From IMG/VR virus record IMGVR_UViG_2602041669_000011: a stretch of 55,530 nucleotides of DNA, one strand, 5' to 3'. Source of the DNA: a virus (Duplodnaviria; Heunggongvirae; Uroviricota; Caudoviricetes). Below, piece by piece: positions 42,639-52,741 of this stretch (position 1 is the first letter of the stretch; every line of letters starts with the position of its first letter). Below the pieces are notes generated by a model. That model did no database searches and had not been told where the DNA came from. It was given only the letters and a program-made list of their open reading frames with translations. The translations under genes were made by a program, and so were the position numbers.

Positions 42639-43454
42639 TTAGCCAAGGCGCTTACGGCGCAGTTTCATTGACTTTTTGCGGGCAAGTTTTGCCGCACCCG
42701 TCTGGGCTTTTCGACGCGCTTTTTTCAGCGCCGATTTTTGAGCCGCAGTCAGACGTTTTTTACGCAGGCGTTTACGGATGAGTTTGATCTCACCGTTACG
42801 AACAACCTTCTTAAATGCTTCAGTCAGCATTTCATCAGAAGTGCCAGCAACAACAAACGCCGCTTCCAGTTCGTCACGGTCGTCGCTATCTAAACCAGCG
42901 ATAGAGGCACCAACATCAGCAGCTGCGTCGTCGTCTTCATCGTCAGCCAGTGCTTCGATCAGGTCATCATCTACACCGCATGCTGCGAGGAAGTCAGCAA
43001 CATTTGCCCATGCTTCGTTATAGGCATCGTCCTGTTCTTCTGTAACTTCGGAGTCGTCGTCATCAGAGATACCAGCGATAGCCTGAACGAAACCATCAAG
43101 GGAGTCGAAAGTCAGATCACCGCTATCAGCCCAGGCGAAAACGGCGTCGGCCGCATCACTCAACGCATTCTGCATAGCACTTCTATTTGCAGCTTCCAGA
43201 ATCATCTGGTGCGCCTGTTCGACGGTCCATTCTTTACCGTCTTTCCCTTCCAGGATTTGCTCAGGAGCCGGGGCAGATGGAACGTTATCGTTAGTCTGTG
43301 CCGCCGGTTCCGGATTATTATTAATAACCGGATCTGTTGGCTGTTCGGCGCTTGCTCGGGCAGACTCCATCAGCTGCACAGGATCAGAGTTCAAAGCGAA
43401 ACGAGACAGTCCATTCCCCAAAAATGCCCCGGATTGAAAAAAGTTTTTGCTCAT
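42639..43454 (-). CDS. Acidic structural/scaffold-like protein with Lys/Arg-rich C-terminal tail (271 aa)
   Basis: Asp/Glu-rich central region and a strongly basic C-terminal 50 aa. Confidence 0.4.
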   Translation of the reverse strand: MSKNFFQSGAFLGNGLSRFALNSDPVQLMESARASAEQPTDPVINNNPEPAAQTNDNVPSAPAPEQILEGKDGKEWTVEQAHQMILEAANRSAMQNALSDAADAVFAWADSGDLTFDSLDGFVQAIAGISDDDDSEVTEEQDDAYNEAWANVADFLAACGVDDDLIEALADDEDDDAAADVGASIAGLDSDDRDELEAAFVVAGTSDEMLTEAFKKVVRNGEIKLIRKRLRKKRLTAAQKSALKKARRKAQTGAAKLARKKSMKLRRKRLG

Positions 43455-43463
43455 TGTATTCCC

Positions 43464-45053
43464 TTACTTAATAAGCAGCGGTACGCCCTGGATACGACGG
43501 GCTACGCCAGTCGGGCAGCAGGCCCAGACTACTTCCCATTTATCGAATTCCGCCTGCGTAACTTTCAGCACATACGGTTCTGTACCGTCAGCATCAGGAT
43601 CACGAGGAGCCACCAGAGCGCCGGAGGCGACAAAGCGATCCAAAAGTTTGGTCATCCCTTTAGTCAGACCAGCGGCAGTAATACCGTCAGGGCTATGCTT
43701 CATCTGGCGGGCTAACTGGACAAAGAAACGGCTGATTGCATTCATCAGCGATGGGACGTGCTGGAAGTGCAGATAGTTATCCTGCGTGCAGCAAGTTAAA
43801 GCATCGTCGATGATCATCTGGCCAGAGGTGCCAACAGATACTTTATTGAGGCGGCCCTTAACCATTGCTTCTTCGTCCGGGGTATCTTCCGGATACAGCG
43901 GTTGAATTGACGCACGAGCAATGACAGCACGTTCTTCACCAGCCGGTGAGTAATGCCAACCGCCGACATCAGAGTTTTTCTTGACGCCACGAGCTTTCGC
44001 CGCATACGCCGCGCCAGACAGACCGAAGACCACACGGGATTGGGTCCATTTGTCTTTGCAGGAGAACGGGAAGTGATAGACAGCACAGCTTACATAATCG
44101 GTACCAAGTAAACCGGTATCTTCAACAGCAGAGAGCGCTTCCGTATACGTCAATGTCGGTTTGACATCAAAGAAGCCATCAATCAGGCGATCAGAACAGA
44201 TATTACCTAACGCGGTGATCGCCGCATTGTCATAGCAACCCAGGCCGAGAACAGCGGTGTACATGTACGGCGCATTGTTCAGCACCTTAACCGCACGCAG
44301 GTACGCAGCGGTTGAGATTTTCGACTGATCACCGTTGGTACCACCAGTGAACGCCAGCGATTTTTTATTTGTTACTTTCGCCGTCGAAATCAGCTCTTCA
44401 TTAACAACCGCGCGCAGATATTTAGAACGGGCTTCCAGAGCCGTAGGCAGATAACACAAGCGGCCCATGTCATCTTTCGCTTCTTCCGCCAAAGACACAG
44501 TGTGTGTCTCCAGGGTCGTTACCACGCCGAGCGAAGTCGTCTGGGTCAGTTTTAAGAGGAAGCGTTCATTACCCGCGCTGTCCGCTGTTGCCGTTTCGAT
44601 GGTTAACTCACGGGTAGGTGAAATACACGGATCACCATCATCAACGTAGATAGCAAAGGCTTCGCCACTATCAAGTTCAATTTCAGAACCGTATGGCAAC
44701 GCACTGTAAGCCGGTTCGCCTGATTCATCGAACATAATAATCGGGAACTTCGCATCATCCGGAACAGCACGAACAACATAACCTGACGTTTGCTGAATAG
44801 CTTCGTATACATGGCGAATTGGTTCGAACTGTGAGCCGGAAGACGGCTTCAGCGGTTCGCCGAGAACATCTTTGTAATTGGACTCAGTAACCGCAAGAAC
44901 AGTAAACGGCTTGCCACGCGCAAATACGCCAATACCAGCCCACAAGCTGCTATTTAATGCAACACCGGTAGATAACGTCGCATCGGCATTGATCGGGCTA
45001 ACCGCGACGCCGGATGCATTACCTAATGACTGTTGAATTGAATATTGAGACAT
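43464..45053 (-). CDS. Tail sheath protein
   Basis: 529-aa ORF directly downstream of the major capsid gene; size and order consistent with P1 gene 22. Confidence 0.55.
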   Translation of the reverse strand: MSQYSIQQSLGNASGVAVSPINADATLSTGVALNSSLWAGIGVFARGKPFTVLAVTESNYKDVLGEPLKPSSGSQFEPIRHVYEAIQQTSGYVVRAVPDDAKFPIIMFDESGEPAYSALPYGSEIELDSGEAFAIYVDDGDPCISPTRELTIETATADSAGNERFLLKLTQTTSLGVVTTLETHTVSLAEEAKDDMGRLCYLPTALEARSKYLRAVVNEELISTAKVTNKKSLAFTGGTNGDQSKISTAAYLRAVKVLNNAPYMYTAVLGLGCYDNAAITALGNICSDRLIDGFFDVKPTLTYTEALSAVEDTGLLGTDYVSCAVYHFPFSCKDKWTQSRVVFGLSGAAYAAKARGVKKNSDVGGWHYSPAGEERAVIARASIQPLYPEDTPDEEAMVKGRLNKVSVGTSGQMIIDDALTCCTQDNYLHFQHVPSLMNAISRFFVQLARQMKHSPDGITAAGLTKGMTKLLDRFVASGALVAPRDPDADGTEPYVLKVTQAEFDKWEVVWACCPTGVARRIQGVPLLIK

Positions 45054-45113
45054 AACTTTCCCTGTTATGCGCCCCGCACGGGGGCGCTATGTTAAACGGA
45101 GAACTTCCCCTGA

Positions 45114-46841
45114 TTACTCAGAGTCACCGGCATCAATCGTGTCGCCGCTTATGAAGTTAAGCCCGCCTTTTTTGGCCATTGTCAGCGTTACACGAGTGAA
45201 GTAATCAGCGCCGTTGCGTGGGTGCATATCGTTGATAGCCGAACCCCACAGTGTGGTACGGTTGACCAGCGCCGGAGTGGTCGGATGCTGGAACGGGATA
45301 GCCGGGACAGCATCACCAGTCACGAAGCCTGCTTTACCCGGATTTTCATCACGGACGTAGCACAGCACATCCATCGAGCTGAACTGAATGTTCTCTGTCG
45401 TTAAGTTCTTACAAATACCAGCAGGTACTTCGTACACTTTCACGTTACCGAACAGGGTACCGATGTAGTGAACATACGGAGTCTGGATATAGTCTTCGGC
45501 TGGCTGGAAGAAATCCTTCGGCAACTGTTTGAAGAAAGATGCTGCATCAGCACCAGCAAACATCCCCATCGCACCAGAAGATTTAACGCGCTCAATAATG
45601 TCGCGATATACAGTCTGGAATTTGCCACGAATGATGGTTGCCCATACATTAAAGGACTGGTTAACCGGCAGAGCGATGTCAAAGGTGTCGGTCGCAAGAG
45701 TACGCCAGATCATGATGCGAAGACGCAGCATATCCTGTTCATGAGACAGGTATTCCTTCAGGGTGCGGAACTGTAGGGAACCCAGGTCCAGACCAAATTC
45801 ACGCTGTGCTTCATACGCCGCCTGTACCGTGTGCTCAGCCGCGATAACGAACTGACTTGGGAACAGGGTGTATTTCTTCATTTCGTGGTTGATCAGCGGG
45901 ATCAGCTCAGGTGCGGCTTCAATATTGATTTCCGTCTCAATTGCGATCTCAGTGCCTTTATCCGGCGCTTTGGAGAACGACAGGGCAATCTGACCAATGT
46001 TGTAGTTCAGAGAGCAGGTAACAGTGATTTGCTCACCAGCAGCATTAGTAAACGAGTGAAGTAGGCTGCCGGAACCGTTATCAACAACAGACTTAATACG
46101 GTTAACGTAGATGTTAGTGCGACCTTTTCGGATTGGTACATTCTGGCCTTCGAAGTCTTCCATCTTGAAGGTTGCGGTTTTGCTGGTGCCATCGGAGCTT
46201 GCCACCAGCACATAGCGGCGACGTAACTGGCTGTACACACCAACGGATTGCATGTCCAGAACATCACCAGCAGCATAAGAACCAAAAGAGGAACCTGCCA
46301 CGTTAAAGACTTCATAGATGTCGGACTGGTCACGCGTAACCGGAATGAAGGTACACGCATCAGCGGTAGCTGCCCCCAACTGAACAGGCAGGATCATCGC
46401 GAGGAATAAAGGCAGACGCATAACACCGTCAGAAACGCTCATCATCTCTGCTGCGACGGATTCCAGCATCGCTTTATTAGTGGCATCCATGCTATTGCGG
46501 GTGGACTCAATCAGGCAGTTTTCCAGCGTCTGGTGGCAGGAGGCCAGAATTTCCGGACGCGGCATAGATTTATGTGCTGCGGCGTAGTCAGCCAGTGCAC
46601 TTGCCCACGCTGTAGCGATTTGAGCGGTGGCATTATCAGAGATACCCGCAAAAACCGGGTCTTTACGTGCAGCTTCAAGGATAGATGCGGCACGCGCGGC
46701 ATCATCTTTAATGAATTGGTTATCAGTACCGAACTGCGCAGTGCTTGCCCAGCCAAGCACAGCTTTAGAGCGTTTTGCGATATCTGCAATACGATTCTGG
46801 TATTCGCGTAAGTTACTCAATTTACTCTTCCTTAAACACAA
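45114..46841 (-). CDS. Major capsid protein
   Basis: 575-aa ORF, first gene of the leftward structural operon next to parS; size and order consistent with P1 gene 23. Confidence 0.55.
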   Translation of the reverse strand: MCLRKSKLSNLREYQNRIADIAKRSKAVLGWASTAQFGTDNQFIKDDAARAASILEAARKDPVFAGISDNATAQIATAWASALADYAAAHKSMPRPEILASCHQTLENCLIESTRNSMDATNKAMLESVAAEMMSVSDGVMRLPLFLAMILPVQLGAATADACTFIPVTRDQSDIYEVFNVAGSSFGSYAAGDVLDMQSVGVYSQLRRRYVLVASSDGTSKTATFKMEDFEGQNVPIRKGRTNIYVNRIKSVVDNGSGSLLHSFTNAAGEQITVTCSLNYNIGQIALSFSKAPDKGTEIAIETEINIEAAPELIPLINHEMKKYTLFPSQFVIAAEHTVQAAYEAQREFGLDLGSLQFRTLKEYLSHEQDMLRLRIMIWRTLATDTFDIALPVNQSFNVWATIIRGKFQTVYRDIIERVKSSGAMGMFAGADAASFFKQLPKDFFQPAEDYIQTPYVHYIGTLFGNVKVYEVPAGICKNLTTENIQFSSMDVLCYVRDENPGKAGFVTGDAVPAIPFQHPTTPALVNRTTLWGSAINDMHPRNGADYFTRVTLTMAKKGGLNFISGDTIDAGDSE

Positions 46842-46952
46842 GGCACTTGTGTGAATCCCTTTTCGGAAGAGATTTTATTGAAAGTCACTTGTTGACTTTC
46901 TCGTGACAAGCAATTTTTTTATTTTTTTCGGGAGTAGGGGAGGAAGGTAAAA

Positions 46953-47041
46953 TCCAAGGTGAAATCGTGGCGATTTCACCTTGAAATTTTAGAGAGATTC
47001 ACTTTAAAAACAGTAGGTTAATAGTGAAATTTGAATGGCGA
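46953..47041 (-). promoter_or_regulatory. parS: parS partition site
   Basis: Heptamer ATTTCAC/GTGAAAT and hexamer TCGCCA/TGGCGA boxes flanking an AT-rich IHF-like core, directly downstream of parB. Confidence 0.7.
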
Positions 47042-47045
47042 AAGT

Positions 47046-48047
47046 TTAAGGCTTCGGCTTTTTATCGAGGCTCTTTCTAAGGATATGCCCAATCATCCTG
47101 TCGAGTTCTTCCTGTAACTCTTTTGAAAGTCGATTAAACTCATAAGAAAATGCACGGCCTTTCACGCGCTTCCTTGCAAAGCGATCCTTGTCCTCAAATT
47201 TCCATAATTCAGTAACTACGGACTTATCTTTAGAACCTTTATCCGTGAGTAGTGAGGCTTCCTTTGTTATCAAGCGCAGGATTTTATTTTTAACTTCATC
47301 TTCGGCCATTTCTTCAATGGATAAGATGTCGTTTATTTCCGGGGATATGTTTTGAATAAGCTGATCAAACTCTAAATTCTTGTTCCCCATTTCGTCGCCA
47401 ACAGCACAAAGCGTTTTGTAGTCCGAAAAGGTTAATTCCGACTGCACAGGGAAAAGGGCGACTAATTCTTCCGGAGCACTCGCTGCCTGGAGAGCACGCG
47501 TGACCTTCGCCTGAGATAGCCCTTCTTTGGCTGCAATATCCTTCTGACTCATCCCATCATTTTTCATTCGCATCAAACGCAGACCTATTTCTCGAATGCT
47601 GTGCTGCAATGCTGTCTGAACGTCTTTAGCTAAATTTTGCGCTTCCTGAACGCTGATCTCCTGGTCCGTGACTAAAACCCGCAACCCTACGTTCTCTAAG
47701 ATGGCAGAAGCTCGACGCCGGGAACCATCCAAAATTTCAATTTTCCCTGTAGCCCGTCTAACACCTATTGCAGGGTAAAATTGCTGATGCTTAATAGTGC
47801 TTCGGATACTTTTTAATGATTTTGGCGTAAGAGATGCCTGGTCACGCCCGTTGTTATGCTGATCAACAAAGGTATCGCTTTCTACCTGGTTCGGAGGTAT
47901 TACCTCTTCAATAAATGTGGCCTGGCGACCAGTTGATAACTTGAATACCTGCTCGACTCGATCGCCAGAGGCTGAAGAACTATCAAATCCGCTTAATATT
48001 GAAGGATTAAGGGTTCGCCCAATTGTTGGTCTGTTTTTCTTTGACAT
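47046..48047 (-). CDS. parB: ParB partition protein (333 aa)
   Basis: 333-aa ORF downstream of parA with HTH region; parS follows. Confidence 0.85.
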   Translation of the reverse strand: MSKKNRPTIGRTLNPSILSGFDSSSASGDRVEQVFKLSTGRQATFIEEVIPPNQVESDTFVDQHNNGRDQASLTPKSLKSIRSTIKHQQFYPAIGVRRATGKIEILDGSRRRASAILENVGLRVLVTDQEISVQEAQNLAKDVQTALQHSIREIGLRLMRMKNDGMSQKDIAAKEGLSQAKVTRALQAASAPEELVALFPVQSELTFSDYKTLCAVGDEMGNKNLEFDQLIQNISPEINDILSIEEMAEDEVKNKILRLITKEASLLTDKGSKDKSVVTELWKFEDKDRFARKRVKGRAFSYEFNRLSKELQEELDRMIGHILRKSLDKKPKP

Positions 48048-48063
48048 GGGGGTTTCTTACTCC

Positions 48064-49260
48064 TCAGTTAGATCTGATAAATTCAATACGGTCAAAAACT
48101 GCTTTAGCAAAATCTTCCGCGGCAATTCGCGCGTTCTTCAATGCATCAGCACTACCAACATACGTTGCCGGGTTAGCTGAAATAACAGTGTCAAAAGACT
48201 CGCCGCAGCGTTCAAAACCGTCAAGGCGAGGGAGGACGACATCAAGCATATCCCCACCGAACACTTCTTTAGCCAGGCTATGGCAATACTTATGATCTGC
48301 CTTGTTACTCAACTTGGACATAAAACCAATGTTAGTCGCAAGCTGGCACTCGCAGCCTTCATCCGAAATGAGTTTTACCAACTCAGGAAGGCGGGCAACG
48401 TATTTAAGCGATGAGTGGAAATCGACAGTTGCTGGCGGCAGAGGTGTAAACAGTATATTGGCCGAGGCCAAAGCATTTTTCAGGAAAGCGTCAAGGTGAG
48501 GACCACTATCAACGAGGATAAAGTCATAATCGCTCTTCAGCTTATCAATCACATTTTCTTTCAGGACAGCATGGATGTTCTGACCCGGTAGATGCTCATT
48601 GCACAGCTCTCTCCAATCGGATGCAATAAAGGCATCGTCAATCGACGCAGGCATAACGTCAACCCCAGGTACAACAGAAGGAACAATAAACTCCTCTAAC
48701 AGCTCTTCACGGCTTACATTCTGCAACATAGCCTGTGCAGATGTTGCGTTTACGATACCAATAGAGTGTTTATGGCTTAAAAACATCGTTGCTGAAGATT
48801 GCGGATCAAGGTCAATAACCAGAATCCTTAAATCTTCCATCAGAAGATGAGGGTGAGCACGCATTGCATGCGCCAGAGAAACCGTCGATACAGTTTTTGA
48901 CACACCGCCTTTAAGATTGGAGATGAAAATCACATATGCTTCGCTGTAGCGATCCCGGTATTTTGGCACTCCGCGATGTTCATATATGTCAATGATGTTC
49001 TGAATTGACATCGCATATTTCATTGAAGAGCCAGCAGGGCGTTTATCGAAAACATAACCCTTTTCTTCCATTTCACTTACGGCATAGTCAACGTTCGCTC
49101 GAGTCAGTAGAGGCAATTTTGCCAGTGCCGCTTTCGCATAGACCTGGTAAAACTCGTTCGCGTGTAGCTCATCCTTTTGCAACTGTACTTGTTCAGTCAG
49201 AACATTGAGCATTCTGTTTGCTCTTTGAGCAACCTTGTGAAGCTGGCTGGAATCACTCAT
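48064..49260 (-). CDS. parA: ParA partition ATPase (398 aa, type Ia)
   Basis: Deviant Walker A KGGVSKT; long N-terminal DNA-binding extension typical of P1/F ParA/SopA. Confidence 0.9.
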   Translation of the reverse strand: MSDSSQLHKVAQRANRMLNVLTEQVQLQKDELHANEFYQVYAKAALAKLPLLTRANVDYAVSEMEEKGYVFDKRPAGSSMKYAMSIQNIIDIYEHRGVPKYRDRYSEAYVIFISNLKGGVSKTVSTVSLAHAMRAHPHLLMEDLRILVIDLDPQSSATMFLSHKHSIGIVNATSAQAMLQNVSREELLEEFIVPSVVPGVDVMPASIDDAFIASDWRELCNEHLPGQNIHAVLKENVIDKLKSDYDFILVDSGPHLDAFLKNALASANILFTPLPPATVDFHSSLKYVARLPELVKLISDEGCECQLATNIGFMSKLSNKADHKYCHSLAKEVFGGDMLDVVLPRLDGFERCGESFDTVISANPATYVGSADALKNARIAAEDFAKAVFDRIEFIRSN

Positions 49261-49398
49261 CGAAAGTCATCCTTTATGCTGTATTTTTGAATTTAATTAA
49301 AAATGATGCATAAAATAATAATGTATGCGTAGATGCTTGTACATGGCATTCTCTGCATGTTTTGTTCATTTTGCACGATTGAGAGTTACAAGAAAGGC

Positions 49399-49421
49399 AC
49401 AAAAAAGCCCCGTTCAGGGGC
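49399..49421 (-). terminator. Rho-independent terminator after the GIY-YIG-like gene
   Basis: gcccc-tgaac-ggggc hairpin followed by TTTTTT on the minus strand. Confidence 0.6.
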
Positions 49422-49428
49422 ATCAGTG

Positions 49429-50238
49429 TTATTTGCTAAGAGCAGCGAATAATCGTTCGAAATCGATAGTATCTATAGCACGCGTAAGCGCCGGAAGTTC
49501 AGCCTCAAAGTACCCGTGTCGATCGTAAAAGAAGGGACCGAAGAGCGAGGCATGTTGGATTCTACTTCGCCCCAGCCCGGACACACAGTTAAGCCCATTA
49601 CCGGCTAAAAGGCTAAAAAACTTCTCTGGATTATCGTGGTAAAGCTGAGAATCAATGGTGGCGGTTAACTCTTCCATAGGGAAGCACACCCGCCCTGTCT
49701 CCCAGGGATATTTAGTCCGAAGCATAAACATTGCTTTCAGCAATTCACATTGAGCGCGGATCGCGTCCGGTTCATAGCCAGATATGGAGACATAAGCCAC
49801 GTCCCTCATTCCTGCGTCATCTTTGAAAGTCACGATAGAAGTAACATCCAGTTCTTTTTCGAAAGAGCGAGCAGCATCTACTGGACGCTGAAGTAAATCA
49901 TTCGACTTAATGCGCTCGAGAATCCCTCCCCACATATCATTTAGATATTCGATATGAGCCAAAACCTTATCAAGACACTCTCGTGTAAACCATTCAGTAT
50001 GCCCGCCACCGGCGCTTTTCTCCCACGGCGCATTCCAGGGGAAAAAGGTTGCGTGTAAAGCCCGCTCAAGATTAACCATTGCCAAACGCGTACCACGATA
50101 GACCCGTGAAAGCGCAAAATCGGGACTCACTTGTAGCCCTTTAAACCGTGCCAATGGACCACATGAAATGCCGATTTTAAAAGTATCTCCGTTCTCCGGC
50201 ACCAGAACGTAGAGGTAGTGTTGTTTCTCTTCTTGCAT
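49429..50238 (-). CDS. T5orf172 / GIY-YIG-like domain protein (269 aa) inserted between incA and parA
   Basis: N-terminal YLYVLVPENGDTFKIGIS ... R ... HTEWF pattern resembles the T5orf172 (GIY-YIG superfamily) domain; own terminator. Confidence 0.55.
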   Translation of the reverse strand: MQEEKQHYLYVLVPENGDTFKIGISCGPLARFKGLQVSPDFALSRVYRGTRLAMVNLERALHATFFPWNAPWEKSAGGGHTEWFTRECLDKVLAHIEYLNDMWGGILERIKSNDLLQRPVDAARSFEKELDVTSIVTFKDDAGMRDVAYVSISGYEPDAIRAQCELLKAMFMLRTKYPWETGRVCFPMEELTATIDSQLYHDNPEKFFSLLAGNGLNCVSGLGRSRIQHASLFGPFFYDRHGYFEAELPALTRAIDTIDFERLFAALSK

Positions 50239-50254
50239 ATCAATACCACTGCTT

Positions 50255-50530
50255 GATGAGAACCGCGCAAATGTTGACTATGCGCGAAGGTTAATGTGAA
50301 TAGTTGACTATGCGCGATGTGACTACAGTCAAAAGTTGACTGTAGTCGATTTAACTCCACCAAAGATCGACTATGTAAGATATTGTCGGGAGAAACGTTG
50401 ACTATACGCGATGAAATGACCCTAAAAGCCATCTCAATAGCGACTTGCAGAATATTGACACCAGCAAAAATCCACCAGCGTCAACGAATGTCGCCTATAG
50501 TCAACTTCTCGCTATCGCATATAGTCAATA
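50255..50530. repeat. incA: incA iteron array (about 9 RepA-binding repeats, both orientations)
   Basis: Repeated core ...TAGTCAAC / GTTGACTAT... at roughly 20-30 bp spacing downstream of repA. Confidence 0.7.
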
Positions 50531-51472
50531 TTATGGATTGCGCTTATGGATCTGAAAGCCGATTTTCCTGCCGTTTTTTATCTCTGAAAATTTAAGATAT
50601 TCAATAGCTTCCAAATCTTTCATGGCTTTTCTGATAACGCTATTTTGCACGCTAACGGATGATTTGAGATTAAGCCTTGCTCTAAGGCGCTCAATGCTGA
50701 CAGGTGCCGGGTTGGCGGGTAGAGCCTCAAAGAATGTATACAGTACCTTGGCCGTCTCTTTGCGCCCGAGCTTATCCAGCATCTTCAGCTTCAGGATTCG
50801 CTTATAGTCAACATAGTAAAGTTCAGATAGCTGTTTCTGCGGCTGGATCTCGATAACATCAAGCTCGGTATTCAGGCTGCTATATGCCAACAAGTTGACG
50901 TTAATGTTATTGAGATGACCTTTTGCCGCCGGGAAGCGGAATTTGACAACTGTCTGCTGAATGCGTGTCAGAGAGTCATCAATACTTTTACGGAACGCCT
51001 TTGAAAGGCGCTTACGTGGATAGCCGCATCGATCGGCAAACTCGGAGAATGGCAGGGTGATTATGCCGTCATCATCAGGTGCGTAGTCAAACAACGCGGA
51101 GGTTATGCCCACCCACACCTTAAAATCAGTATCCATATCCAGGCGTGGACCATGAATTTCAATTCCCTCATAGCCTTCCTGCTCAACAATTTTGAGGCTT
51201 GATAGTTCTTCGGTTGCGTTCGTTGTGTTTGTAGTAACTGACGATCCGCGACGTAGTGCCACATTGGTAGATTTTAAGGTTGGCACAAACACACCTAAGC
51301 GCAACAAAGCAATGGGTTGTATAGTGCTATTGTTATTGGGTTTCAGGCTGTGGATTTCTCCTGTATTTCCTGCAACTTCTTCAACGCTAAGGAAGCCTTT
51401 ATTTTCTTCCAGCATCGTGGTTTCTCCATATGTGGCGCGGCCTGGCGTCATCTGGATTGCAGTTATCAACAA
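50531..51472 (-). CDS. repA: RepA plasmid replication initiator
   Basis: ORF flanked by iteron arrays on both sides; conserved blocks QPIALLRLGVFVP and GPRLDMDTDFK; exact start uncertain (alternative Met codons). Confidence 0.8.
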   Translation of the reverse strand: MLITAIQMTPGRATYGETTMLEENKGFLSVEEVAGNTGEIHSLKPNNNSTIQPIALLRLGVFVPTLKSTNVALRRGSSVTTNTTNATEELSSLKIVEQEGYEGIEIHGPRLDMDTDFKVWVGITSALFDYAPDDDGIITLPFSEFADRCGYPRKRLSKAFRKSIDDSLTRIQQTVVKFRFPAAKGHLNNINVNLLAYSSLNTELDVIEIQPQKQLSELYYVDYKRILKLKMLDKLGRKETAKVLYTFFEALPANPAPVSIERLRARLNLKSSVSVQNSVIRKAMKDLEAIEYLKFSEIKNGRKIGFQIHKRNP

Positions 51473-51489
51473 CTGTGAATAGTCAGGCT

Positions 51490-51600
51490 CTAAAATCGCG
51501 TACAGTCAATGTTTCTGTCGCATATAGTCAACAATAAATCGCGTGCAGTCAACAATAAATCGTGCACAGTCAACATAAAATCGCGTATAGTCAATGTTGA
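51490..51600. repeat. incC: oriR / incC iterons (five direct repeats of about 21 bp)
   Basis: aaatcgcgtRcagtcaacaat repeated five times upstream of repA. Confidence 0.75.
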
Positions 51601-51748
51601 TCCCATTTCAGGCCAGAAATGGCGCGGCTTACAGCGATCCGGGATCTTCTTTGGATCTTCCTGGGTTCTCTTTAGGATCTGTTTATTGGATCTATGCTGT
51701 GGATAAGTTGAATAAACCGGCCAACATAGCCGGTTGGAAGGAAGGGTA

Positions 51749-52141
51749 TTATTCTACGCTTTCGATAAGAAGACCATGTTCATAACATTTAAGCTCATCG
51801 CCTTCGTACAGGAATTGGTATCCAATACCACCATTTTCATGGACATTAGGGAATAACTCATAACTCACTGAAGAGCAAATCACACCAATGCAGCGATCAA
51901 CGCCTTCTCGTTCTTCAGTGCTGAAAAAATCCTCTTCGGTAAGAACATGAGTACATTGCTCATCAGCATAGGTCGGAAATACATGCTCGATGCAATCCGG
52001 GTGTTTTAAACCAAGCTGATCGGCAAGCTCGAAAGCATGACGGTATTGTTCAGATCCTGGCTTGCCAACAGTGATGTGCTCAATTTTGTAGATTGAAGTC
52101 GCTTTGTTGATAGTTTGCTTTACTGTTACTTTATCAGACAT
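51749..52141 (-). CDS. Hypothetical protein (130 aa)
   Basis: ORF with RBS; no motif recognised. Confidence 0.45.
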   Translation of the reverse strand: MSDKVTVKQTINKATSIYKIEHITVGKPGSEQYRHAFELADQLGLKHPDCIEHVFPTYADEQCTHVLTEEDFFSTEEREGVDRCIGVICSSVSYELFPNVHENGGIGYQFLYEGDELKCYEHGLLIESVE

Positions 52142-52152
52142 AAAAATCCCTT

Positions 52153-52485
52153 TTAGTTACCGCTGATAGCGCGGTTGTAATCATTAACGTTGCGATTCTT
52201 CCTGTTAATCCCCATCAGCATCGTTTCTGTATCGAGGATATACGCTGGCAGATCATCAAAATATTCACTGCTAAACTCTGGCATCCTGCACATAAACGCA
52301 CTTTTGGGGGCAGGGTGGTTAACCTTTGTCGGCGTCGGCGTTAAATTCGCTGATCGACTCCCGGAGCAACCGCTGAGTGTCAGCAGGAATGCGCTGGCGA
52401 ACATTACCCGCCGCAACCAGTTGTTTCTGAACTTCAGCTTTTCGTTCCATTTGCCTGTCAGCATATTTGGCTTGTTCTGATTCAT
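52153..52485 (-). CDS. mlp: Outer-membrane lipoprotein, o-spanin (Rz1)-like; true start probably internal
   Basis: Lipobox LTLSGC followed by Pro-rich mature region (TPTPTKVNHPAP); gene overlaps the 3' end of the upstream i-spanin-like gene in another frame. Confidence 0.55.
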   Translation of the reverse strand: MNQNKPNMLTGKWNEKLKFRNNWLRRVMFASAFLLTLSGCSGSRSANLTPTPTKVNHPAPKSAFMCRMPEFSSEYFDDLPAYILDTETMLMGINRKNRNVNDYNRAISGN

Positions 52486-52741
52486 TTTTCACTTCCTGGC
52501 TGTGAAAATGTTGCTCTGCTTTGTTCATCGTCTCAATGGTCTGGTTAAGATCCATTATTGACTTATCACGTTCCTTAACAGCCTGATCAAGACTGCCAAT
52601 TTTCTCCATGGCTTGCTTTAGCTGATGACGTTCCCATGCAAACCCAGCACCAACAAGTGCGCAAATCAGAACAAGAACACCAGTAGCAGCAAGTTTCTCC
52701 TTCAAAGACAAAGCTGTTTTTAACGTAGAAAAGAATGACAT
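52319..52741 (-). CDS. ppfA: i-spanin (Rz)-like protein: N-terminal TM anchor plus periplasmic coiled coil
   Basis: Start at MSFFSTLK with GGAGG RBS; TM helix (ATGVLVLICALVGAGFAW) then a charged helical domain; overlapped by the lipoprotein gene. Confidence 0.5.
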   Translation of the reverse strand: MSFFSTLKTALSLKEKLAATGVLVLICALVGAGFAWERHQLKQAMEKIGSLDQAVKERDKSIMDLNQTIETMNKAEQHFHSQEVKNESEQAKYADRQMERKAEVQKQLVAAGNVRQRIPADTQRLLRESISEFNADADKG

